Below the pieces are notes generated by a model. It saw only the letters and a program-made list of their open reading frames with translations, ran no database searches and was not told the origin of the DNA. A stretch of 64,000 bases of DNA, taken from NCBI RefSeq assembly GCF_009914755.1, contig NC_060942.1, one strand, 5' to 3'. The DNA is from the human T2T-CHM13v2.0 reference genome, Homo sapiens. The translations under genes were made by a program, and so were the position numbers. This document shows, in pieces, positions 36,612 through 51,675 of this stretch (within the stretch, counting starts at the first letter, position 1; the number at the start of each line of letters is the position of its first letter).

Positions 36612-37170
36612 CCAGGCGGGGATGCTGGGGCTTGGCAGCGGGCTGAAGCAGCTCAAGGGCAGCACTGAGTACTCAGGACTCCACTCGGCTCCCTCTTGGC
36701 ACCAAGATGCCAAGAAAGCTGATGCAATGACCTAGGGTAAAAGTCAGATCAAGGAACCAGAGAGACCACTTCCTCCCTTAGGTCCTGTGGCAGTTGTTCC
36801 TATAGGTTGTGTCACCATAGCCATCCATGCCAAACCTGGCTCCAAACAAAATACTGTAACAGATTTGACAGCACAGTTGGTAAATGTGGCTATTGCAGCA
36901 CCTCCATCAGTGGGGGAGGATAATGCTGAGCTTTGTAGCTTATCTGTCCAAGGTCTTAGAACTCAGGAAGAGTGATGTGGTTTTGGATACGGGTGGTACA
37001 TCGCTGAAAAGGTAGTGAAGCTTTTGGCCTCCACAACTCCAGAAGAAATCTTGAGGAAATTTAAAAAGAAAGCTGAAAAACAAAGCAAGAAATGGAAAAT
37101 ACATCCTTGAGAAACTTTTATTGCTAATGATGAAGAGGCTGTTACAAGCACATTCAAATATATATATATA
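36612..37170 (+). pseudogene. C15orf40: Processed pseudogene of C15orf40 (UPF0235/DUF167, YggU-like protein)
   Basis: Intronless from ATG 36622: MLGLGSGLKQL...[74 protein letters not shown](fs)[19 protein letters not shown](fs)EKVVKLLASTTPEEIL. It has an in-frame TAG at 36733-36735 and frameshifts. Degenerate TSD AATTTCATTAAGGCCTCC (36594-36611) / AATTTGAATAAGACTCC (37171-37187). Confidence 0.93.
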
Positions 37171-40100
37171 AATTTGAATAAGACTCCAAAAAGTAGACAT
37201 TTAAAAAGTAATATATGTTGAACACAGGTTCTAAAATCCCTGACCCCAAACAGCCTGGAGCATGTTACTCTGATTTCATGGCATTATAAAATAACAGAGC
37301 TGGAAAGAATATTCAAAGTGACCTGATTTAACACCTTTCATTCTCTGGTGGGGCTTCTGATATCCAGGAGTTGACAGACTTGTTCAAGATCATAACATGC
37401 AAGATGGTGACTAAAACCCAACGCCCTTGACTCCTTGTCAAATGCAGTTTATCCTGCTTGTAAATTAAAATTACCATATCTCCACAACAGTTCTGGAATT
37501 CTGGGGATTGCGTTCTAATCCGGTTTACAAGTGACAGAAAATCTGTTACACTGCTTTGTAGTGTTACCTTATATTTTAAAATGCTTATCTAAATGAAAAA
37601 AATAATTTTTTACATCTTTTAAAGACTATATTGACCATTTTGTAAAAAAAGTAATGAAAAATCATAACTTGTAATTAAAAGTGAATTATAATTTTTGAGA
37701 AAAAAAGAATTTCATTAAATGAAAGCTATCATGAATTTGCTTGACAGGAAGAAAATCTCTTCTTCACATGTTTCTAGGTTGAGTTTCCCATCCCTGTAAA
37801 GAAGCTGTGCTGAGCTCTGTACCCTGTACTCCCAGTACATGTCAATCACACACCCCATTTCCTTCAGTTCTAATACGGGCAAGGGCCTGTGCTTCATGCT
37901 CTGGAGAGATGTTCCCTAACTTTATGTGTCATTATCCCCTAACACGCTAGGTGCTTCCTCCCCAGGGTGCCTTTCGCCCTGGACCTGGAACACCACTGTC
38001 TCCTAAATCCTTTCCTCACCCGATCTTCAAAATCTCAACCAAACCCAACCTCCTGGAAGTGTCGGACTTTTCAGCCTTTTCTTCTGAATTCTTGTATTCA
38101 TAGTGTTTGGTAACACAGGATGAATTATTTGATACAGGATTTGGTGTTGTTCTTTGCTATACCCTGTGTGTCAGATCTGTCTCCTCACCTCCCTACAGCT
38201 TTTCCAAGGAAGGATCTGTGTCTTTTGCTCTTTCTGGAGCTCTTGCTGTGCTCAGGCCGCTGCTGCAGGCATACTAGGGAACCAAGAAACACTTCTTCCT
38301 TAACTGTTTTTTAAAAGGGAATAGAAGCCCTATTCTATTTTGTCAGGTGCAAGGTAAACCAGAGACGTAGTAATTCTCACAAAGCAGCAGAGACTCTGAT
38401 TACATGAGCCTAGAAGCAAGCAAAAACGAGTGACAGACGGAAATAGAAAATGGAAGATCAACAAAGGGTGCTTAAATAAGTGAGTTTAGCATGAGATGGA
38501 AGTGAAAATATGGAGGCTGACTTCTTCTAGGAGTGTGTGGGAGTTTGAGAGACCCCGAAAGTGAGATAAGTAAGTCAAGAGCAGAGACCGCAGAGAAGAT
38601 TGTGTTTCCATGGCGAGCTCCTGGCCTGGAGCTCCATCATTCAACTGTGAAATGGGTACAGTGTCATTCTCACACTCCTACTTTAAGGACTTTTGCAAGA
38701 CCTAATTATTTGTTATTCATAAAGGGCTTTGAACTCTTCACATGAAAGACACCAAGAGAAGTTCAAAGGATGAGTCAGTATCATTATTAGCTATAGTTCA
38801 ACTCAAAGAGAGGAAAAAATATGACCATTTTCAGTGCACCTGTCATCTTGGTCTTTTTTATCATTTGTAGGATTTTTGTCACTAAATCAGAATTGCTCTT
38901 CATTACTTTTTCACTGGCAATTAAAAAATATCAAAATGGAACTTGTAACAAGGAATCTGAATACTGATTTTTGCTCTCTATAAAAAGGTAAAACATGCGT
39001 CTCAGAAATATCTCAGGAATACTTTTCTCTTTAGACTATCTGCAAGAATTTCAGGGAATAGGTGACTTTACTGCCTTAGAAAAACTGGAGCTCAGAGAAA
39101 TGGAGGAAGAAGGTAAAACTCACCAGTTTTAAATGTTGATTTTTTTTCTTTTTTACACCAATTGCCAAACCTCCAAACTGCCAAAATGATGGAACACTTT
39201 TTTTTAAGCTGAAGCTCTGAATAAAACTATCGTTCTCATTATCAAAATGCTGCCAACAATAAATCCTGACATATATTCTCTCTCTCCTTCTATCCACCAC
39301 CCCCTTGCCCCCGCCAACAGCACAGTCTTTGGGAGGTGAGTTTCTCAAAGTTCCAATGGGACTGGAGTTTGATCATTTTCTTTGCTGTTCTGGCTCAAGC
39401 TTTCTTTGGGGTTTGTTTTCCATCATGGGCTGATGTCTGTGGGTCATGTCCTTCTCTTGCTGAGGTCTCTGCCTCTGGCTTTCTTTATTTCTTGCCTTTT
39501 TCTTGACCTGTTTGCTTTCAGGAATACCTTTACTGAGAATCTGCTCACTTCAATCTTTAACAAAACGAGAATTAGGACCAACCACAGTCATTGCTCTCAC
39601 TTCTTTCTAGCATTTCTCCTTTCTCTCTGACATACATTAGTTCATTCACCAAAGTGAACATGTGTGTTGGAGTTGCAAATGGAGATTAGGGATGAGCAAA
39701 AGGTGTCAGCTACTCAAACACCCTACTTCCTTCTCTGTCTTAGATTATTCCTTCCTGGGAACCTTAATATGAATTTTTAAATAATGTTTAAAGATGACAA
39801 GTGGAGAATAAGTTGGCTTGAAAATAAACTGCCAAACTGGAATACTTTCTGCTCTGTCTGCCAAAACTGGGAGTTGAGAGGGCTCTACACATCATTATCC
39901 TTCCACAATAGCAGATGCTGTCTAAACAACAAAAGGAGGTGAGGTGGCCCACCTGGATGGACTGCTGGGTAATCCATATTGTCCCTGATCCAAAAGAGTC
40001 ATAGGATCTTGAACTGTGCTATGGGCTTATTAGTAATTCACCAGAGGCTTTGTGTCCATATTCATTGTATTCACAAGTATTCTTTAAGGGACTTTTCATC

Positions 40101-41619
40101 CCATAGCGATAATTGGGTACCACATGACTACTCAATCTAAAATATCTTAAATGTGTGTTTAATAATTCCTCTCTTTCTATAAATTATTTCTCCAGAATTT
40201 GTTGTTGGTTTTTGTTGTTGTTGCCAGGGGAGTATATTATATAATATAAACAACAAAAGGACCCCAATTTCAATAATACTTCCTTAAACAATTTAAAAAC
40301 AACCCTTAATACTCAGAGAGATACAACGGATAGTAGCAGTGAGAAATGGACCTTTTAAAAGACTCCATAATATTCTTCTTTCTTTATTCTCTGGCTCAGA
40401 ATTCTATTTCTAAGAGAATCTCTATCTAAATCTTCCATTTTAAACACACATACACATGCAAATACCCCCTCCACTCTCACACTCTATACACAGATAAGCA
40501 TGGTACTTCTTATTAGCTTCACTTTTAATACCAGTCCTTATTTTCAAATTTCCTCAGATGTTATTTGTTCCCTTACAAAACACTATACTCATCTCTGACT
40601 ATTCACCCATAACCAAACATTTGAAAACAAATTACTCAACCATTATATCCAGCACTAGAGTGGAGATGGGTGACCTATATTCCGATCCCAGCTTTGCAAA
40701 TAATTAGTTTTGTGACCCAGAATAATTCACTCTCACTAAGTCTAATTTCTTCATCAGTAAAATACAGAACATAACTGTCTTGTCTATTTGCAAGGTCGTT
40801 GTAAGAAATACTTGAAAACTGAATATGAATTTGAAGTAGAATGCTTATTATTGTCCATATCTACCTTATGGCATCTCTGCTTCTGCCATCCTCTCTGATA
40901 GTGTCTCTGCTGATTGCCACTTCTCCCACTTATTATTCACTCTTTCATTTATTGAACACATATTTATCATATACCAACTCTACGCCAGGCAGTGGAAACT
41001 CACAGATGCACGGAGAAGGCTGGCATCTCAGCTGAATATAGCACCCCTATATGAGAAGTACCCAAAATTCTGGAGGGCACCTACCCCAGAGGATGAAAAC
41101 ATAAAAGGATTCAAAGCAGTTCATCAGCATATACACAGAACGGACATGTGCCTTATCGTGCTTTCCATCTCAGTCACTCACCATTCATTCCTCTTTCCCA
41201 GTAGGATCTTCTTGGAGGAATTTGCTCTTTCTTCATTGGCCAAGGAGCAGACTCAACCAATGCTGACTGGGTTCTGACCTAACACACAAAATTTGTTCTA
41301 TGGTGGCAGAGAGCCTTTAAATAGTAGTAATTTACTGATTATTGACACGGCCTTTGACCCAGCTTTCTCTGACATAAGACTGTTGCAATCATTACACGTC
41401 TTGCTCCTCCAGAACTGGCTCCATTTCTACCCTCTTCCAAGCCTGGTTCTCAGCCTTTTATGTGAATTAGCAACATACTACACTAAATATGATTTTTCCT
41501 TTAGGAGCTGGAGTTGCCTACAACACAACAAAACTATGTGTTAAAAAAAATACACCTATATGCTAAATGTACTGTGCCTTTGTGAATATATCTGAAATAT
41601 ACAAGCCTAAGGTCTCAAT

Positions 41620-41930
41620 CCATATTTATTCATTCAACCAACAAATATTCATCGAGCATAAACTATGCATCTGACACAGTACCAGCTCACAGACAGGAGA
41701 GGAGGACAAACAGTTAACAGGTAATTAGAAAGATAATGTGTGGGAAGGAAAAGAAGCTCCTAATGAAGACTGTGGTGGCAGACTGGAACTGAGAGAAGAC
41801 TTTCCATGAAGAAGTCATATTTTTCCTCAGACACAGGGGATGAGGAGGAGTCTGCTGGTTAGAGGGAATGGGGATGGAGTTCTAAAGCGAGGGAACAATA
41901 GGTCCCCCAAGGTAGAAAAGCATGTGCACA
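41620..41930 (-). mobile_element. L2 LINE 3'-end fragment
   Basis: ATTTATTCATTCAACCAACAAAATATTCATCGAGCATAAACTATGCATCTGACACAGT ... GAGAGAAGACTTTCCATGAAGAAGTCATATTT. Confidence 0.6.
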
Positions 41931-42060
41931 GCTTGTTCCTCTCCATTTCGTGCATCACCAAGCTGCAGAGCAAAGGGATAACAAGAGGAAGCTAGGAAGT
42001 AGAGTGTTATTCCTGGTCTTACAGCTAATTCACTGTGAACTTGAAAAGACAATTACTTTT

Positions 42061-43268
42061 TCAAAAAAATGCAATAGTTTTGGGATACCGGTGGTTTTCA
42101 GTTACTTGAATAAATTCCTTAGTGGTGATTTCTGAGATTTTATTGCACCTGTCACCTGAGTAATGTACACTGTACCCAATATGTAGTCTTTTATCCTTCA
42201 ACCCCTCCCAACATTTACCTGCTGAGTCCCCAAAGTCTACAACATCACTTTTATGCCTTTGCAGCCTCATAGCTTAGCTCCCATACATAAGTGAGACTAT
42301 AGATATTTGGTTTTCCATTCCTGAATTACTTCACTTAGAATAATGGCCTCCAGCTCCATCTAAGTTGCTGCAAAAGACATTATTTTGTTCCTTTTTATGG
42401 CTGAGTAGTATTCCATGGTGTCTATATACCACATTTTCTTTATCCATTCATTGATCAGTGGGCACTTAGGTTGGTTCCATATCTTTGCAATTGCAATGTG
42501 CATGTGTCTTTTTCATAATGACTTCTTTTCATGTGGGTAAATACCCAGTAGTGGGATTCCTGGATAAAATGGTAGTTCCACTTTTAGTTCTTTAAGGAAT
42601 GTCCATACTGTTTTCCATACTGGTTCTACTAATTTACATTCCCACCAGCAGTGTAAAAGTGTTCTATTTTCAGCACATCCAAGCCAACATCTATTATCTT
42701 CTGACTTTTTAATTATGGTCTTTCTTGCAGGAGTAAGGTGGTATTTCACTGTGGTTTAATTTGCATTTCCCTGATGATTAGTGGTGTTGAGCATTTTTTC
42801 ATATATTTGTTGGCTGTATGTACATCTTCTTTTGAGACATGTCTATTCATGTCCTTTGCCCAGTTTTTGATGGTATTATTTTGTTTTGTTTGTTTGTTTG
42901 TTTTGCTTATCTGTCTGAGTTCCTTGTAAATTCTGGATACTAGTCCTTTGTCAAATGCATAGTTTGTGAATATTTTCTCCCACTTTACGGGTTGTCTGTT
43001 TACTCTGCTGATTATTTATTTTGCTGTGCAGAAGCTATTTAGTTTAATTTGCCATCATGTATTTACTGCTGTTTTTGTTGCATTTGCTTTTGGGGTCTTA
43101 GTCATGAATTCTTTACCTAAGCCAATGACCAGAAAGATTTTTTTCCAATGTTATTTTCTAGAATTTTTATGGTTTCAGGTCTTAGATTTAAATCTTTGAT
43201 CCATCTTGAGTTGACTTTTGTGTAAGGTGAGAGATAGGGATCCAGTTTCATTCTTCTACACGTGGCTT
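42061..43268 (-). mobile_element. 5'-truncated primate L1 (L1PB/old L1PA-like): ORF2 end plus 3' UTR, inserted in a MIR-type element
   Basis: Minus-strand YHLTPAR..IIKKS..NRCW......[30 protein letters not shown] is the L1 ORF2 C-terminus. TSD CTTGAAAAG[A/G]CAATTACTTTT at 42040-42060 and 43266-43286. Confidence 0.96.
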
Positions 43269-44884
43269 GAAAAGGCAATTACTTTTGTATGCCTGTTCCC
43301 TTGTCTGTGAAATTAGGTTGGAGAGAAACATAATACGGATGGTTTCTATGATTTTATGATTTTGTATATGTCTAATGTCTAGTATTAGATGAATAAATGA
43401 TAGGGCATCAGTCTCCTTTCTGCTGCTGCCTATGACATGAGAAGATGATATAGGTACAGAAAATTTGCAGAAGTAAAAAGAGGACACAAAGGTTTGGATG
43501 AGTGGAGTGTAAAAGGAAGAAAGGCAGAAAGTTGCCAAAGATGCCTGCACTGGTTTTTGGTTTATCAATAACTAATCCTACACAGTATTTGTTTCTTTCT
43601 TGCTTGCTATTCATTTTAAGACAGCACCTTTTTCATATTGCTTACACAATGCATTATATCTGTGTGTGGTGTGTCTCTGTGTTTGTAGTCCTGTGCTTTT
43701 TTTTTTTTAATACTAATTTTTAAAATGGAATGCCGTTATAAGTAGGCCCAATGCCTCAAATCATATCCAAAAATTGGCAGAGTTGGTGATTCAGCATAAC
43801 TGATGTGACCTCATTGGATGAATTAATTACCAAAAATCCTACCCACCTGTTTAGAGAGGAATTCTCTGGGAAGTAGGGGGCAGTCAGCCAAGAAATCTAC
43901 CTGTTGGTCATCAGTGAAGATGTGCATTTTCTCAGTTCATAGTCCTTTGCCCCTAACACCATTCTTCTCTGAATGACTAAAGAGATCTGAGTAAGGGACA
44001 GGTCAGAGCTGGGAGATGAGATAAGTACACCCCTGGGAGGACAGCCCTATGACCAGAGAAGAAAGAAAATGGTCTGAAAAGAAACCACCCTAATAAGATC
44101 TGAACTTCCTTTGAGTTCCAAGACATAAGAAATCCTTGCAAATCACTTTCTGTATAAAAAATTTAAGCACAAAACTGTAAGCAAGTCTGCTTTCCAATAC
44201 AATTTACTGAAAGAAAAATGAATATTTAAAAAGCTTTGTTGATAGCTATGTACTATTCCCAGGTGTAAGAAGCAAAATTGAATTCAAACACGAGGTGAGC
44301 TCAGTTCCTACAAGGAGTTGATGTAACCTCAGTAGTGTTAAGAAACACAACTTCCCAGACTGTGCAGGAAAAATATCTCACCAGAGGTCAGGAAAGCAGT
44401 GCCTCTCCAGGCATACTGTGATGCACTCAAGACTGGGGAGCAGGACCTGTGGAGTCTGAAATGTAGCTTCATTCTCAGTGCTCTCATTCTCGATGTTGCT
44501 CTTCTGATATATAATACACATCACCATCATTAAATCTTAGCCCACCCCTTTCCTACATATTGGAACTCCCTCTCCTTTTCTTCCCACTTGACCCATCCCA
44601 AAGGTCAAGTTGATGTTTGGTTGGCAACCACTGGGAAGCTTTTCCAATTCAAACTAACCTTGTGTGACATGTTTTCATCTAAATTCCTATGGAAACCACT
44701 GTATAAATCACTCATTTGGCACTTAAAGCATTCTTTTCTTATTATTTTGAATTAAATCAGATAATTAATATGAAAATTCATTGAAAGTTATAAAGTGATA
44801 ACCCAGCATTTTTCAAATCATATTCCACAATAAAACAAATAGTACTTTAAAAAAAAAAAAAGGATTCCCTAGTAAGTGTGAGGA

Positions 44885-45115
44885 ACAAGCAAAACTCTTT
44901 ATGGGGATAGAAATCAAATTTGTGGTTGCCTGTGAGAAGGGAAGTGAAGGGGAAGAGGCTTGACTGGCAAGGATTATGAGAAAACTTTTGAGAGTGATAG
45001 AAATATTCTATATTTTGTTTGGGGTTTTGGCTACAAGAGCGTATCCATTGGTCAAAACTCACCAAACTGTATATTTTTCTGTATGTAATTCTATCTCAGT
45101 GAAAAAGTTAAAAAG
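44885..45115 (+). mobile_element. Old L1M (L1MC/MD/ME-like) 3' terminus
   Basis: GATAGAAATCAAATTTGTGGTTGCC...GAAAACTTTTGAGAGTGATAGAAATATTCTATATTTTG...GTCAAAACTCACCAAACTGTA..TGTATGTAATTCTATCTCAGT followed by an A-rich end. Confidence 0.75.
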
Positions 45116-46326
45116 GTGTCTTTATCACAAAACTTCAAAAAGCTTCTATCAGGTTATTATACATTATAAACCTCCAGAAAGCAGATACAGCACCTTATTT
45201 GTCCAAAGTACCCTTCTTTTCTAAAGTGTTCTTGAGATAGCAGTAATCTATGGAAAGCTCTTTCTATTATATAACAACTATTTTCTATTACTAAACTTGA
45301 TTCTCCAGGGCAGAGACTGGTTTCGTGGCTCTTTGTACCCACAATCCCTGGCACAAGATCCCATGGACATTAAGTAAATGTGCCTTGTTTCTGCTCTGGC
45401 TGAAGATAATGATGTAGATGATGATGCAAAGTGTTATAATAAAGGTAAGGGTAACTTGCCCCAGGTCACAGCCTCAAGACCACAGTAATCTAAGCCCCAG
45501 GGAGCATGAGCTCCCAGCATGAGCTCTCTTGCCACAGCAGCAGAATGGCAGGGGGGATATTTTGGTACGAGGGTTCTAATAGTGGCTCTCAGGTCTCAGG
45601 ATGTGGCTGCATTCTCTAATCATGTAGAAGATCACTCTGCCAGTTTCTGAGAACTAATTCACTCATAAGACACCCATCAAACATTCTGGAGCTGGGCACT
45701 AGGGATTCCACAGTGAATAAAATGCAGTATTTGCCCTCAAAAAGCTAGTCTAGTGGGGCAGTGAGACAAAGAGATAACTTAAAATGCAAGCGAGCAGAAG
45801 CAGGGGCTGTGTGAGCACAGGGCAGGCATAACTCATTTAGCTCCGGGAGGATTTAAGATACTGGTATTTGCCAGTTGGAGATGGTGGTAGAAGTCATTCC
45901 AAGCTGAGAGATAAAGATAATAAGGTGATACGTTTGGAAAGTACTTTACATGTCAAATGAATGTAACTAATATGCTTTATCATCTTACACAGGTTATTTA
46001 CCTTTAGCTACCTCATGCCAAAATAAACATAACAGTGGTTTGTTTGTGTCTAGTAAAGCTGGAACATAGAGTTTCTGGGGCATGAAGGAGATATGGTTGG
46101 ATGAGCTGGGGCCAGGTTAGGAAGCTCTTCTGGATCATGTAAAGATGACTGAACTTTTCCCCAGGACAACTTAAAGAGAGTGGCATAACCACTTACGTAG
46201 TAGAATGTCGCTGAAGTCTGGATCATACAGCTAATTTCATATAGATTTGTGTTCTTCAAGTGATTTTTTTTTTCAGAATGTTAGTCTCATTTCCTCAAAT
46301 ATATTGTAAACTACTTGAGGGCAAGA

Positions 46327-46675
<349 letters not shown>

Positions 46676-49146
46676 TGAGGCCACACAAAATGTGCTTGAT
46701 ATGTATGTCTTAATTAATGATAATACTATTACCTGGCTTCTTTCTAGATATCTTAATAACATTTATAAAGTTTAATACTGTCACATTATAAAGCAGAGAT
46801 CAGAAATCCTAGAGCACAGGATTTTGTATTTTATACATTTTACAAAGAGATATGGTTTTTATTTTCTGAAAGCTTTTACATTCACCCTGAAAACATGTAG
46901 GTGGGTGACTGTTGGAGAAGACTAGGCAATGAATGAGAAGGGCTGCTAATCAAAAGGCCAAGGTGGAATTGGGGAAGAGGAACCACTTAAGTGCAAGAGA
47001 TCCCAAGGAAGTATATTACAAGGCAAGGGGAAACAAGAATGTGGGGAGAAACTAAAAGTTGGCCAAGGGAAAAGAATAGGTAGAACTGATTAAGACAATC
47101 TTGGTTAAAGATCTATTTACCAGTAAGTACAAATTCTTCTTCTGAGACCACTAGATTTAGTGTTGAAAGGAAAAAACAAATACACAACTAAATTGAGAAA
47201 AATCAATGATGACTTTGTAGACTATTTAAGACTTGACCTGAGTGAGTTATTTTGTTTTGTTTTGTTTTGTTAATCGTTTCCTATAAGCAAAAACACACAA
47301 TACAAACACACTTGGATTCTGATGTATCTCGGCCCCTCTTAGGATTCACAAGCCCTGGATATTGCCCTCTAGGCCACACAATCCTTCTTCTCCCTCACAA
47401 AGATAAATTTCATATCAGTCCGGCAGTCAGCCATCATCTATTCTCAGGGGAAGAGTATACAGCATGACCTCCCTTGAAATATTAGCTCTATTTACACGGG
47501 TTTGCGTGGACCACATTACTTATGAGTCACCAAGGGGAAACGGGGCCTCCGGTAGATAAAGCGATCAGCACAAACCTCTGTAAATAAATCGGAAATTTCA
47601 ATGAAGGTCATGCCAGGCCTGATTTATTCCTCAGCAGCCTATGAAATAATGTTGACCAGGTAAGTGGTTTTCATTTTTTCCTCCATCCACACAAGGGAGA
47701 ACTTTTTCACTCTAAGGAGCTTGTCTTTCATACTACAATGAGCATCTCACTAGAGAGATAATATACCCTGAAGGAAATAACTTTTTATTATTATACTAGA
47801 TACTCAATAGTGAAAGGCCAGATCATCTAGCAAGAATTTTGTTAATTCAATCTGGTGGTACAAGTTCTCATAACAGAATTTTATGGAAGAGCTATTGCTC
47901 AACCACAGAAACTTTTTTATTCAATAAACAGAAGTGGAGCACCTTCCTTTAGGAAGCATGTGCAGAGTATGTTAAGCAATGTAAGGAAGATGAAGATGGC
48001 TACACCATGGTCCCTGAAAGCCTCCCCATGTCTCCACTGGAAACCCCCAACTATTCTGAAGCGTCAAGAAAATGTCTATGGCATGTCGATAAACCATTTT
48101 GCTAAATAAATAATCATTCAATCAACCTACATGTATTGTGCATTTTCTGATCACAAGACTTTATGTTAAATATTGGAGCAAGGAGGCAGGAGATGTGAAA
48201 TGAAAACTGAAGAAATAATTTTTTACATTCAGAATCCTACAAGGCAGTCAAGTTTTATTGTATAAATAATCATTCCAGTGAGAAAAAAAATAGCCAATCA
48301 AATTAGGTGTTGTTTTTGTTTTTGTTTTTAATTTTGAAGCTGAAAAGCCATATATCTTTTTTAAACTGAATTTTCTACTTTTCCGTCTGTCTTATTACAC
48401 ATATCCCATATGTAGCAAAGAGACTTCAGGACACCAAAGAATTGCCTTCTAAGCAGGAAAAAATAAATTCTTGAGAGAATTGTTGAGAAAGGTAAAGAGA
48501 AGGCTTCAAAAATCAAAGATAAGAACTAGACATTAATTAGTTATTCACAGAAGAAGATAAGATGCCAATAATGCTGAAAGTTTGCATCAGGAACTCTCAT
48601 TCACCGTATGACTCTTCCAGGTTTGGTTGGAATTTACAGCATTAATGGTAACAGCCCCTGCTTTGATTTATATCCGGAATCATGATAAAAGACATCTCTT
48701 CAGTCTGTGAGGGTGCCATTAGAAACTACAGCTGAGGAGAAAAGGAAGATGTCTGTCCTCCCAGTGTTAATAGAAACACCAATCAGACTCATTTTGAGAA
48801 AGGATTCTCTGGTTCCCTTTTAAAAACTCATTTATATGCAAGCAATTGATAAGTTCCTTGGAAGACGCTTCTATCTGTTCATAAAACCTCCTCATATTAA
48901 GGGCTCATTGTGTACCCAAGAATGAAAAATGTGGATTTTGTTGCACAAGCTTGTTCTTATTTATACAGATTTTCTTATCTTCACCCTCTCTTATAGTTTT
49001 CTAACTTTGTGCAGTTTCACTTTTCTTCTAACAAATATCTCTTCTGTTGGGACATGGCCTTATACCCTGTAGAGGAAAACACAAAATGTTGGTCTTTCTA
49101 TCTGTAGCAACTCTGATCTGCAGTAGGGTGTGAGCACCCATTCTGG

Positions 49147-49150
<4 letters not shown>

Positions 49151-49209
<59 letters not shown>
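49151..49209. repeat. (TA)29 microsatellite
   Basis: Perfect TA run. Confidence 0.98.
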
Positions 49210-49212
<3 letters not shown>

Positions 49213-51285
49213 AATTTTCTTGGATTTTCAGTCCGTGCTTACAAAGGTTTCAGAATATTTTAACTGGTTAGGACATAAGCAGAAACCTGAGGGCTGCTAC
49301 TTGTCATGCTGCGGCACTTGCCTGTATCTTCTGCCTTTTTTTCCATTCGATCAGGCTTTATGTGTGCTTTGATCCAGGCAAAACATAACAAAGATATTTT
49401 CCAGTTTCAAAACTCCAACTATATACCCACCGAGGGCAAAGCTGAAAACCATCATTAGGCAACAATGATGCTTTGAAATTCTGGCTGTAGAATTTTGTGG
49501 AGCATACTCTCCTTCCCCTTTAGGTGAATAAAACTCTCTATAATGCTTCAAATTCATAATGCCTCCCAGTTTCCCTGTAATGCAGCCTTGCTTTGTTATT
49601 CCCTCCTTGCTGCTAAAGAAACAGAGGACAAGAGTGGCTAAATAACTCGCCCAAAGTTATTCACATGGATTAAAATGAGAATATTAAACCTATTGTAAAG
49701 AATGAAGTGAATGTTCGCTGCAGTCACAGATTCTTCCTGTGGCAATGCTAATACCTATTGCCTGAAATAAGTATTAGCATCAGCTACCACCTGCCAGTTC
49801 AAACCTCGTGCCTTCTCTAAGACTAGCTCAGGTCCCACTTCCACAAGGTCCACTTCTTCCAAATCGGCCTTTGATGAACCTCTGTTAAGACTTATTAATG
49901 TCACAATTGAGCTCTTGAGCCTTTACTATGTCTGTTACTATAAAGTCCAAATTGTCAAAGTCTTAAAGTTAGTAATATATCCCCTATTTCTTTCATTGTC
50001 TACAATGATACTCATCCTATATTATGGTAACAGTAGTACCTCAGTAATTATTCCATTGATTAAAAAAAAGCAGTAGATTAAAAGTGAAAAAAAAGCATGG
50101 ACTTGAGTTGCCAGTGATAAACTCTTTTGTACAAGTCTAAGTTTCAATGTTCCAATCTATAAAATGAAAATGTTAAATAATATGTTTTCCAGTAGTGATC
50201 CTAAAAGTAGACTTCTATGATTGTATTGTTCTACTTGCACATACTCTTTGGAAGTGCCCAAAGGAGGGGAAGTTTTCTTATGTTTTCCCATTTCTTGCCC
50301 TTCTGCATTCCACATATTCCTTCAACCCTAATCCAACTAACTCACCACTTCCAGAAGGGCTTAGAGAGGTGTTACTGAATGACTACTAAATGGACTACTT
50401 CTAGTCTATTTAACTTGTCTACATTTGAAAACATATATTTCAAGACATATTGAAGCAAAGCTGAAGACTCTAAACATGGACTCATCAGCTACATGTTACT
50501 CTCTGTCTCCAGTATATGGAGAAGGAGCAGAGCCAAATACATTTTTCTAGAATCCGGAAATAAAAATAGGGTGAACAGAGATTTTTTAAAAGACATTGAA
50601 ATTGCATATAAAAGTTCTCAGTCATTGAATGAGGAAGTTTGTCTCTGACATGAGTTATTTCATGATAGACAATGTGCATTCAATATGACATTATGAGATC
50701 TGACTTTTGGTTCAACTTCTGCTGTCTAAACAGATATTTGGCAAATTGAAAATAGTCTTTCATCTCCCTTCCAGCACTAATATTGTAACATTTGAGAGGT
50801 CTGATGGGGCCTCCTATATCTCCAATGAGTAACTCCATACCTAAGTTCCCAGGACCCCCTTTTCCTCCTGGGTAGTGTTCTTTCCTCTAAACCATGCCCT
50901 CCTCAAACAGCTTCTAAAGGATGGACCTGTTCTAACAGATTCCATCTATATCAGTGTCACACGCATGTGCCTCGGCTCTTCAAAAACCTGCCACTGATGT
51001 AAAATACTTGACACATGAAGTAAGTTCATGCTGTCCATTCACATGCATACGTAAGAATACAGGATCTCCATGAAATCTGTCCAGCATGGAAAAAGAAGTG
51101 ACTGTTGGATCACAGGAAGGAGTCACCCATGTTCCCTCTCTGTTAACCAACTTCCTCAATTTTCATGAGGTATCTGTTTTGCGTTATAATCTGATATGTT
51201 AAAAATACCAAATGGTGTACCAGAATTAAGGAGACCAATCTCACAAAACATTTTGCCAGTAATTTTCTACCAGTTTTAAAACTCA

Positions 51286-51675
<390 letters not shown>

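Noticed and set aside
43860-43890. CTCF-like motif GGAAGTAGGGGGCAGTC
   Set aside because: It lacks the conserved CC at the 5' end of the core, which is too weak to call without ChIP data.
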